Assembly (NCBI RefSeq): GCF_034007205.1
Contig: NZ_JAVERI010000003.1
Coordinates: forward strand, 179,374-243,373
Direction: 5' to 3'
Length of the DNA stretch: 64,000 nucleotides
DNA from: Thiomonas sp.
Lineage (GTDB): Bacteria; Pseudomonadota; Gammaproteobacteria; Burkholderiales; Burkholderiaceae_C
Under the pieces are notes generated by a model, which did not search any database, was not told the origin of the DNA, and saw only the letters and a program-made list of their open reading frames with translations. This document shows, piece by piece, positions 55,331-62,586 of this stretch. The translations under genes were made by a program, and so were the position numbers. Every line of letters starts with the position of its first letter. The stretch's first letter is position 1.

Positions 55331-55939
55331 ATGAGCAAGAGCATCGGCATTTACCTTTTCCCTGAAGTGGAGGCGTTGGACTTCGCTGGCCCATTTGAGG
55401 TGTTCACTACCAGCAGCAGAGTCCATAAGCGGCTTCATCCGGAAAAGGCAGAGCCGTTTCAAGTCTTCTCTGTTGCGGAGAACCTGGCACCGGTTCGCGC
55501 ACGAGCAGGTTTACGCATCGCGCCCGACTATAAAATCAACAGCCACCCAGACATTGATGTTCTGATCATTCCTGGGGGCGTCGTCACAGACGAACTTCTC
55601 AAGCCAGAAGTCTTGCGATGGGTCTCGCGGTGCGGCAACTCATCTAAGTGGGTCGCCTCCGTGTGCACCGGTGCGTTCATCCTGGCCAAAGCTGGCGTCG
55701 TCAGCAGAGGGCGTGTCACCACACACTGGGAAGATCAAGCCGAACTCGCGGAGTTGTTCCCCGCCCTAGAAGTGATCAACGGCCCTCGCTGGGTTGAACA
55801 GGGCAGAGTCATCACATCAGCTGGCATCTCGGCCGGCATCGATATGTGCCTTTATCTTGTGGGTTGCTTGTGCACGCCGATACTTGCAGAAGCAACTGCG
55901 CGCCAGCTGGATTATCAATGGAACACAGGTCATGGCTAA
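55331..55939 (+). CDS. Cassette 2 ORF: DJ-1/PfpI family protein
   Basis: GIYLFPEVEALDFAGPFEVF, VLIIPGG, ASVCTGAFILAKAG nucleophile elbow, ITSAGISAGIDM. Confidence 0.85.
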   Translation: MSKSIGIYLFPEVEALDFAGPFEVFTTSSRVHKRLHPEKAEPFQVFSVAENLAPVRARAGLRIAPDYKINSHPDIDVLIIPGGVVTDELLKPEVLRWVSRCGNSSKWVASVCTGAFILAKAGVVSRGRVTTHWEDQAELAELFPALEVINGPRWVEQGRVITSAGISAGIDMCLYLVGCLCTPILAEATARQLDYQWNTGHG

Positions 55940-55968
55940 TCGTGTGGTCTGCTCAACACACTACAATG

Positions 55969-56040
55969 GTTTAACAAGTCATTCCAGCAGACCATCAAAA
56001 AGCTGCGCTTTTTGCCATCCGCTGAATTCCAACTTTAGGC
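55969..56040 (+). other. attC site 2 (degenerate R')
   Basis: GTTTAAC-5nt-attccagc ... gctgaatt-5nt-tTTAGGC with symmetric spacing. The first base of R' is T instead of G. Confidence 0.5.
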
Positions 56041-56056
56041 ACCACGGGAGAAGCAA

Positions 56057-56272
56057 ATGCCATCACTAACTCAAGCAGAAATCGAAGGAGTATTCTCGGC
56101 CCTAGGGCTTGCCAATGACGCTTCTCGCGAAAAGTTCCGTCGCCTCGCGGCTACGGCGGAACAACAAGAGACGCCATTGTGCTTCATTCGCGTAGACGAC
56201 TCATCGTCGTGGTCGGACCAAGGAGAGAAATATGCCCAGCTGGCACCAGCTACTCGAAGAGATCAAGACTAA
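56057..56272 (+). CDS. Cassette 3 first ORF: 71-aa hypothetical protein
   Basis: Its ATG is 17 nt after the core, like the other cassette ORFs. GGGAG lies upstream. It overlaps the next gene by 41 nt. Confidence 0.45.
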   Translation: MPSLTQAEIEGVFSALGLANDASREKFRRLAATAEQQETPLCFIRVDDSSSWSDQGEKYAQLAPATRRDQD

Positions 56273-57221
56273 GGGCAGCACGTTCGATGTCATTCGGCGG
56301 AAGTATCTCCAACGTCTCGAACGAGTTACTGGCCGCAATGTCATCCTGTACTACTCCGGCTGGCTGCAGAAGCCAGGAATGGTAGGTGTACAGGTTAATG
56401 ACGCTGACAAGAATGGCTTCATGACTGTAATTCATGGCCTAGACCGCAAACGAGGCCTCGATCTACTTCTTCATACACCAGGGGGAGAAACCGCGGCTAC
56501 AGAGTCGCTCGTGGACTATTTGTACTCGATGTTTGGCACGAACATTCGCGCCATAGTCCCCCAGTTGGCGATGTCGGCCGGCACGATGATCGCGTGTTCG
56601 GCGCGCGAGATCATCATGGGTAAGCAATCTAGCCTTGGGCCAATCGATCCGCAGTTCAGCAACCTCCCTGCGCACGGCGTTGTGGAGGAGTTCAAGCGGG
56701 CCGCCCAGGAGATTTCGGAAGACCCATCGAGGGTCGCGCTTTGGCAGCCTATCATCGCCCGCTATCATCCCACACTCATTGGTGAGTGTGAGAAAGCCAT
56801 TCAATGGTCAGCGGACATGGTCCGTGAATGGCTTGTGCGAGGCATGCTCAAGGATCACGTCGATCCAGTGGCAAAGGCATCAGAGATAGTGACTGAACTC
56901 TCTGATCACGCGCTAACCAAGTCGCACGCGAGACATCTTTCCGCGGACAAGTGTAAGGCGATCGGTCTGAACATTTCAATGCTCGAAGACAACCCTCGCC
57001 TTCAGGACGCCGTGCTCACAGTGCATCATGCCTGCATCCACACACTAGGCTCCACCCAAGCCTTCAAGTTGATTGAAAACCACAAGGGAGTCGCGTTCAT
57101 TCAGATAGCCCAGCAAATGATTGTCCAAGGCCCAGCGAATATTGAGCTCGTTCCTCGCTTGGAGCCACCGCCGCTCGCTGCCCCCCAAGAGGTGCCGCAG
57201 CCGGGCGAGAATGGCGCCTAA
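56232..57221 (+). CDS. Cassette 3 second ORF: SDH-family (S49/ClpP-fold) serine proteinase
   Basis: VILYYSGW, LDLLLHTPGGETAA, IVPQLAMSAGTMIACSAREIIMGKQSSLGPIDPQ. AGGAG lies 8 nt upstream of the ATG. Confidence 0.75.
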   Translation: MPSWHQLLEEIKTKGSTFDVIRRKYLQRLERVTGRNVILYYSGWLQKPGMVGVQVNDADKNGFMTVIHGLDRKRGLDLLLHTPGGETAATESLVDYLYSMFGTNIRAIVPQLAMSAGTMIACSAREIIMGKQSSLGPIDPQFSNLPAHGVVEEFKRAAQEISEDPSRVALWQPIIARYHPTLIGECEKAIQWSADMVREWLVRGMLKDHVDPVAKASEIVTELSDHALTKSHARHLSADKCKAIGLNISMLEDNPRLQDAVLTVHHACIHTLGSTQAFKLIENHKGVAFIQIAQQMIVQGPANIELVPRLEPPPLAAPQEVPQPGENGA

Positions 57222-57297
57222 CCACAACTTCGAGCGGACCGTTCACAAGCGGCGCTGCGCGCCCCTTGTGCCCGGCCCCTCAAGTTGATCGTTATAC
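57216..57297 (+). other. attC site 3
   Basis: R'' GCCTAAC (containing the stop TAA) ... cccctcaagttgatc R' GTTATAC. The arms are similar to those of attC1. Confidence 0.65.
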
Positions 57298-57306
57298 GTA
57301 CAGACA

Positions 57307-57759
57307 ATGACAGCGCCGGAAATCAAGGGATGGAGAGCGGTTGCAGGCTCCATGATCCAAGCGTCCTACGAGGTCGCGTTTGTGCTGCTGCCTGTGTTGG
57401 TCTGGATCCTCGTACTGCTTTCTCTCGGCAAGTCTCAAGATGTTAAGACCTTGGCTGCATGGCCCTTCGCGAGCCTTTCACTTTTCAGCGCAATGCTCCG
57501 TGATGGCATTTCTGCGTTCCATCAAGACACAACAAAAGACAAAGAGCAAAGAGATCTCATCGTTGTATTCGCGCTCATCGGGGTTATTCTGAGCACGGTT
57601 CTGCTTACGCTGGCCGTTATGAAATCAACCGGACAAGTCACCTATCTTTGGTCGTTCTTCTATGAAACGGTGTGGACGTTTGTAGCTATTAGCGCCCTGC
57701 TTCTATTCGTCACAAAAGCTATTCTGATTCAACGCAAAAGTTATGGTCGGTACGTATAA
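57307..57759 (+). CDS. Cassette 4 ORF: 4-TM membrane protein of unknown function
   Basis: Four long hydrophobic segments. The ATG is 10 nt after the core. Confidence 0.65.
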   Translation: MTAPEIKGWRAVAGSMIQASYEVAFVLLPVLVWILVLLSLGKSQDVKTLAAWPFASLSLFSAMLRDGISAFHQDTTKDKEQRDLIVVFALIGVILSTVLLTLAVMKSTGQVTYLWSFFYETVWTFVAISALLLFVTKAILIQRKSYGRYV

Positions 57760-57829
57760 CAAGGCGCTCCAGCCGACGGCCTTGCCTCCGCTTCGCTACG
57801 GCAAGCCCGCGGCTGAGCTGGGGCGCTAG
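57754..57829 (+). other. attC site 4, lacking its R' core
   Basis: GTATAAC-5nt-gctccagc ... gctggggc-gctag. At that point GGAAGCGCTGAAG (IS5-type end) stands where GTTRRRY is expected. Confidence 0.45.
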
Positions 57830-58473
57830 GGAAGCGCTGAAGAAATGACCTCTTGGCCGAAGCCGTTGATGTCCATGGTCGCAAACTGCGCAAAGATCGA
57901 GCAGTTTTGGGTCGGCAGGCGCAAAAAGGGACCGAAAACCGACGGTGCACGCCGCCCTTTGTCTCATTTCTCACACTGCGGACGCACCTCGGGTGTCGAG
58001 GCGCAAAACCTGCCTGCGCGCCAGCAGCAGATTGGCCAGGGCAAACAGGGTGTGCAGTTGCGCGGTGTTCTTCGCCAGTCCGCGGTAGCGGGTCTTGCGG
58101 TGCCCAAAGAGGTTCTTCACCACATGGAAGGGATGCTCGACCTTGGCGCGGATGCTGGCCTTGATGCGCTCGGCCTGCTCGAGCAGCCGCGCCCAAGCCT
58201 GTTGGCCGGGCAAGGCGCCGCGCGAGCCGGTAGCGCGCCCTCGACGATGCCAAACACGCCGGGCGCCCTCGGTTCTTGCGCGCCGCATGCGGCTCGATCA
58301 GCGGCAGCAAAGCACCCCCCGCGGGTCCACGCACTGCATCTCCTCGAGAAACGGCACCTTGCGCGTCTTGCGCTGCGTCAGATGCAGACCCAGTTCAGAT
58401 TGTTTGATCCTCACACCTTGGCCCGGCTGCATCCGCGCTGCGCCGGGACGTTGTGGGATTTTTTGAACACCAT
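57830..58473 (-). mobile_element. IS5-family element remnant (transposase internally deleted and frameshifted)
   Basis: N-terminus KQSELGLHLTQRKTRKVPFLEEMQ..LIEPH and C-terminus IKASIRAKVEHPFHVVKNLFGHRKTRYRGLAKNTAQLHTLFALANL, with no central DDE region. Boundaries are approximate. Confidence 0.7.
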
Positions 58474-59390
58474 ACTTGGGTGGCGGGCAGTTGCCAATCG
58501 AGTGCGTCGAGGCTGTCGCCGTCTTGCCACGACCCATCCCACGCATGCGGCTCGGCGCTCTCCAGCAGGAGCAGCGTGAGGACACGATCGCGCGCGCCGT
58601 AGCTGTGCTTGAACTCGCGCAGCTTCATGTGCGGTGCTTCTTCCGTACACCAGACCGCGGCGGACATCTCGGTGCCATCCCATTCCTGATCGACGCCGGC
58701 GTCGCCGGCCAACGTGCCCGGCAGCGGTTCCTGCGGATCGCCGTTGCGCCGGATGCGAGCCCGCGTCTTGACGGCGCTGCTGCTGCGCCATTCGTACTTC
58801 ACGTAGCCGTTGTCCCAATGGACGAGGATCCCGCGCTGCGGGGTGAACTTGATGAAGCGGATGCACAGCGCCTCGAACGAAACCTGAAACCGCTTCGCGA
58901 TGGCGCCGAGGACGTGCAGGTCGATGCGCTGGTGCGAAATCCAGTCGCGCAGCAGATCGCCGGGCATCAGCAGGTTGCTGGCGAACTCGTCGGCTTCGCG
59001 TTCGATGGCGCGGATGGTGTCGATGCCGGTGTGGACGCTTTCGTTGTCGCAGTTGAACCTCTGCTGCCGGCCGCGATGCAGGATGAAGTGGCCCAACTCA
59101 TGGGCGATGGTGAAACGCCGGCGCTCGGGGTTGGCATTGCCGTTGTAGAAGATGCCCCACTCGGCCGCGTCCTTCGGGTTGCGCACCAGCATCCCTTCAC
59201 AACTGTCGACGTCGAGCACCGCCGGCGCCTTGATCTCGCGCACACCTTTGCCGTAAGGCGTGCTCGGCAGCATCTGCCGGACGATGTCCAGATCGACGGC
59301 GTCGGGCATGCCCGTGCCGTACCACGCCCGCAGCCACTTCTGGACGGTGTTGGCGGCAATGGGGCCGGTGAGGGCCGGCGTTGCGCTCAA
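58395..59390 (-). CDS. ImmA/IrrE-family metallopeptidase with extra C-terminal domain; 3' end runs into the IS5 remnant
   Basis: HEXXH motif IAHELGHFILH and EREADEFASNLLMP. A TTG start at 59390 overlaps the XRE stop (alternative ATG at 59309). The last ~25 codons are IS-derived. Confidence 0.7.
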   Translation of the reverse strand: MSATPALTGPIAANTVQKWLRAWYGTGMPDAVDLDIVRQMLPSTPYGKGVREIKAPAVLDVDSCEGMLVRNPKDAAEWGIFYNGNANPERRRFTIAHELGHFILHRGRQQRFNCDNESVHTGIDTIRAIEREADEFASNLLMPGDLLRDWISHQRIDLHVLGAIAKRFQVSFEALCIRFIKFTPQRGILVHWDNGYVKYEWRSSSAVKTRARIRRNGDPQEPLPGTLAGDAGVDQEWDGTEMSAAVWCTEEAPHMKLREFKHSYGARDRVLTLLLLESAEPHAWDGSWQDGDSLDALDWQLPATQVWCSKNPTTSRRSADAAGPRCEDQTI

Positions 59391-59734
59391 GTCTCCATCC
59401 CCGCTCTGGCCTTGTCGGGGAACATGATCTTGAGCGCCTGGCGGTAGCGATCCTTTTCCTCGTCCGTCATCCCGGCGTACTCGCGGAAGAAGGCCACGTC
59501 CTCTGGGCTGGCTTCGGGTGCCTGCTGCATGGGCGTGCCCATCACGTCCTCCATCGTCACGCCGAGTACCTGAGCGATTCTCTGAATCCGCTCGGCGGAC
59601 GGGCGCTGGCCCTCCCTCATCTCCAGTTCCCAGATGTAGGCCTTGGTGCAGCCGACCGCGTCGGCGACCTGTTGCAGGGTCAGCTTCTTCGCCTCGCGCA
59701 AGCGCCGCAGGCGTGCTCCAAACGCCGAAGCCAT
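59387..59734 (-). CDS. XRE-family HTH transcriptional regulator
   Basis: FGARLRRLREAKKLTLQQVADAVGCTKAYIWELE. An alternative start exists at 59758. Confidence 0.85.
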   Translation of the reverse strand: MASAFGARLRRLREAKKLTLQQVADAVGCTKAYIWELEMREGQRPSAERIQRIAQVLGVTMEDVMGTPMQQAPEASPEDVAFFREYAGMTDEEKDRYRQALKIMFPDKARAGMET

Positions 59735-59777
59735 GGCGATGCTCCTGTTGCGGCTCAACAGCCGGTGAATGAATCCA

Positions 59778-59793
59778 GGGTATCAGTATACCC
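59778..59793. promoter_or_regulatory. Palindromic candidate operator
   Basis: gggtat-cagt-ataccc in the divergent intergenic region. Confidence 0.4.
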
Positions 59794-59828
59794 GCGAGAG
59801 ACATGGAAGGCTCGATGTCCTTTGTTGA

Positions 59829-59857
59829 TTGACAAGCGGAAATCTGCGGCTCAGAAT
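59829..59857 (+). promoter_or_regulatory. Sigma-70-type promoter reading toward 59978
   Basis: TTGACA-17 nt-CAGAAT. Confidence 0.5.
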
Positions 59858-59977
59858 CGCGCTTGCATCTCGTTACTTTACTTACGCGAGATGCGTGTTC
59901 AGCCATCCTGTCGCTGGCCCGTGCAGCCCGTCCATCGGTCGCAGACCTCCGACGCCGATCCAGAGAGGACGACCAAG

Positions 59978-61216
59978 TTGAAGAAGACCTTTGTCGACGT
60001 GATGCTCGAGCTGCCGGTGGACGCCACGCTGCGCGACTTCCTGACCTCGCACGGCCTGCCGGTGCCCGAAGGGTTCGCCTGGGACGAGACGCCGCAAACC
60101 AGCCAGTTCCTGGTGGACGCGGTCAAGGTGTGGCCCGATACCGCCGCCCGCGACCAGATGATCGCCAACCTCATGGCCGCCGTCCAACTGGGCGACGCGG
60201 CGGGCCAGCAGGCGATATTCGAAGCCGCGGCGGCCGATGGTGCCGCACTGACGGGCTTGGCGACTCTGTGCCAAAGCGACGTTCACCGCTCGTTCTGGCT
60301 GTACATCCATCACCCGACGCTGTTCGAGCGCGCCTACGACTTCAGCTTCTGGGAGCACCACGGGCCGCAGAGCCAGCAATACGATCTGGGTCTGAAGCGC
60401 CAGCCGGACGGCTCCGACCGGCAACTGGCCGCGCTGCGCAACGCGATCTCGGCGTTCTACGAGCGCGAGATGCATTGCGGCGACGGCAGCGTCGCGCATT
60501 TGGTCGAGCGCAGCCCCGGCGTGTTCCTGCTGACCGTCCATGTCAAGGACATGGCCATGCTGCGGCTGGAGTTCGAGGGCTCAACCTTGAAGCGCCGCGT
60601 CGGCAATCCCAACATCCACATGGTGCTCGAATACGCCAAGTCCACCGGCGTGGTGCGCACGCTGGTGCGCGGCGGGCAGAAATACCAGCAGATGCTGGTC
60701 GAGGCCTTCGCCGAGCATGTGCTGGGCGTCAAGGCGAACGCGCACCGGATCAAGTCGCCGACGCTGGATTTGTCGATGTTGCGCACCGGTTTCGACGCTC
60801 CGGAGGCGTTCGAGGACGGTTTCTCTCTGGTGCAGCTCAAGGCGCTCACCCTCCTGAGCCCCGACGCCGCGCTGAAAATCGAATGCACCGCGATGCAGTC
60901 GAGCCAGCAACGCTCGGTGCACGAGTTGCTGAAGGAAAAGCTGCCCGGCCCGCTGGAAGGCAACTGGGCGGTGACGGCGGCGCAGGTCAATCTCTACTAT
61001 CCGCCCGAGCCGGGCCGCACGCGCGCCCGGGTGGTGACCATCGAGGTGACCAGCAAGGGGCGTCTGAACCTGAACAAGTTCGACCCCAAGATGCAGGCGC
61101 AGTTAGAAGGCTATCTGGTCTCGGTGGGCATCTTGCAGAAGGGGCAGACCCTGAGCGCGCAGGAGATCCCGCCGGAGGGCGACGCGATCCGTTCCTCGCC
61201 GGCGTTCGAGGACTGA
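59978..61216 (+). CDS. Hypothetical protein, 412 aa (ORF A)
   Basis: A TTG start 8 nt after GAGAGGA is preferred. Composition is coding-like throughout. No motif recognised. Confidence 0.6.
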   Translation: MKKTFVDVMLELPVDATLRDFLTSHGLPVPEGFAWDETPQTSQFLVDAVKVWPDTAARDQMIANLMAAVQLGDAAGQQAIFEAAAADGAALTGLATLCQSDVHRSFWLYIHHPTLFERAYDFSFWEHHGPQSQQYDLGLKRQPDGSDRQLAALRNAISAFYEREMHCGDGSVAHLVERSPGVFLLTVHVKDMAMLRLEFEGSTLKRRVGNPNIHMVLEYAKSTGVVRTLVRGGQKYQQMLVEAFAEHVLGVKANAHRIKSPTLDLSMLRTGFDAPEAFEDGFSLVQLKALTLLSPDAALKIECTAMQSSQQRSVHELLKEKLPGPLEGNWAVTAAQVNLYYPPEPGRTRARVVTIEVTSKGRLNLNKFDPKMQAQLEGYLVSVGILQKGQTLSAQEIPPEGDAIRSSPAFED

Positions 61217-61219
61217 TCG

Positions 61220-62173
61220 ATGGCGGCGCACGATGCCTGGGCCTTGGTCTGCCGCCTGTTCGCAGGCGGCACGCCGGTGCTGCGAACCACGCTGTCGCCG
61301 CGCGAACTGGCTGCGCTGTCCGTCCTCGGCAAGGCGGTCAAGCCGACGGTCGTCGATCATTCCTTCGTCCTCTGCCCGCACTGCCAGCAGCATCGGGCGC
61401 AGGTCTGGGGCGACGGTCGCGGCGGACGCATGTGCCGTTGCCCGGAGTGCGGGCCCGTCGCCGTCGAAGCCAACGATGGTGCGGCGTTGGCCTTGGACGA
61501 GGAATGGTTGCGCACCAAGCTGCGTCTCGCGCTCGGCATCGAAAGCCGCGACGGCATCGATGACCTGGGCGACGGCGTGTGGCGGCTGGGCCAGGCTCGC
61601 CGCTCGCCCGTGCTGCTGGCCCGCGATCTGGTGCGGGTGCAGCAAGAACCCGCGCTGTTGGATCGCGTGCGCGTCGCCGGCGGCGACATCCGGGTGATCA
61701 CGCCCAGGCCGCGCACGACGCGCGGATCGCCCTTCGGCGCGGGCGTCGAGTGGCTGGCGCTGGAGGAGCGCTTCACGTTCTACGGCGGCGCGATCGCGCT
61801 CCTCGGCGCGCCGTCGCCGTCCTCGACGCCGGCAATCGCCGATCCGGCCGCGCCGGTGAACGGGCCGTTCTCGGCGGATTTCAAGTGGGCGACGCTGCCG
61901 GACGGCTACGGCACACCGATCCGGTTCACCGACGGTCAGGCCAGGGTGTTCAAGGCGCTGTGGTCGTTCAAGGGCAAGGCCGCGACGGCCGAACGCATCA
62001 TGCAGCGCGCCGGCTTGAACAGCGCCAAGCCGAGCGACCTGTTCAAGATCAAGCCGAAGGACAGGGGCAAGCAAGAACCTGCGGCACAGCACGCGGCCTA
62101 CGGTGCGCTCGTGATCACGCAGCGACGCGCAGGCTTGTACTCGATGCCCTGCGCGGCGGGCGCGTTGGCGTGA
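61220..62173 (+). CDS. Hypothetical zinc-ribbon protein, 317 aa (ORF B)
   Basis: Starts 3 nt after the ORF A stop. CPHC-X17-CPEC motif. The C-terminal segment FTDGQARVFKALW..TAERIMQRAGL looks wHTH-like. Confidence 0.6.
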   Translation: MAAHDAWALVCRLFAGGTPVLRTTLSPRELAALSVLGKAVKPTVVDHSFVLCPHCQQHRAQVWGDGRGGRMCRCPECGPVAVEANDGAALALDEEWLRTKLRLALGIESRDGIDDLGDGVWRLGQARRSPVLLARDLVRVQQEPALLDRVRVAGGDIRVITPRPRTTRGSPFGAGVEWLALEERFTFYGGAIALLGAPSPSSTPAIADPAAPVNGPFSADFKWATLPDGYGTPIRFTDGQARVFKALWSFKGKAATAERIMQRAGLNSAKPSDLFKIKPKDRGKQEPAAQHAAYGALVITQRRAGLYSMPCAAGALA

Positions 62174-62395
62174 TCGATTGCTGCTCCAAGTTCGCCGGAC
62201 AACCGATGGCGGCGGCACGCGCGTAAATCACGGCCGCGCAAGGCCGTGTGCGTGTGCCACGGCGAAGAAGTTGGCGCAGGTTTCGAGAGAACAGAGAGCA
62301 AAAATGGAGCGAACCGGGCGCGGCATGGGCCCCTGTCTGCCGACCCTCGGCACACGCAGAACGGCCCGCAACGCCACGTGCCGCGCGGAATCCGC

Positions 62396-62430
62396 AAATG
62401 AAAACGCCCAGCCGAGAACGGTTGGGCGCT
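62396..62430 (-). terminator. Rho-independent terminator immediately 3' of the tRNA-like fragment
   Basis: Minus strand reads cgcccaacc-gttctc-ggctgggcg followed by ttttcattt. Confidence 0.65.
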
Positions 62431-62436
62431 GAATAG

Positions 62437-62474
62437 TGGTGGCGGAACACGGAACCGAACCCGCGTCCGCAATC
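62437..62474 (-). other. tmRNA/tRNA 3'-end-like fragment (T-arm, acceptor strand, CCA); probable att scar
   Basis: Minus strand reads gattgcGGACGCGGGTTCGGTTCCgtgttccgccACCA. No matching 5' acceptor strand or cloverleaf lies upstream. Confidence 0.5.
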
Positions 62475-62586
62475 CGAGCCAGATAGTAACGCCTTGGCCT
62501 TGAGGGCGTGGATTCAACGATTTGGCCGCTGGCGCTAGAAATAGTAAGCAATCCATTCCCCAATGTATCGAGGTAGCCAGGGCCCG

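Noticed and set aside
56232-57759. The SDH protease and the 4-TM protein as one operon or system.
   Set aside because: A well-formed attC (57216-57297) separates them, so they are independent cassettes. Adjacency may be accidental. A functional link is not excluded but is unsupported.
59381-59977. The N-terminal 200 codons of the 611-aa ORF (59381..) and the 503-aa version of the ImmA ORF (up to 59906).
   Set aside because: These extensions overlap the XRE gene and the promoter region. They have Arg/Pro/His-rich non-coding-like composition and lack start-site signals. Internal TTG/ATG starts with RBS-like sequences fit better.
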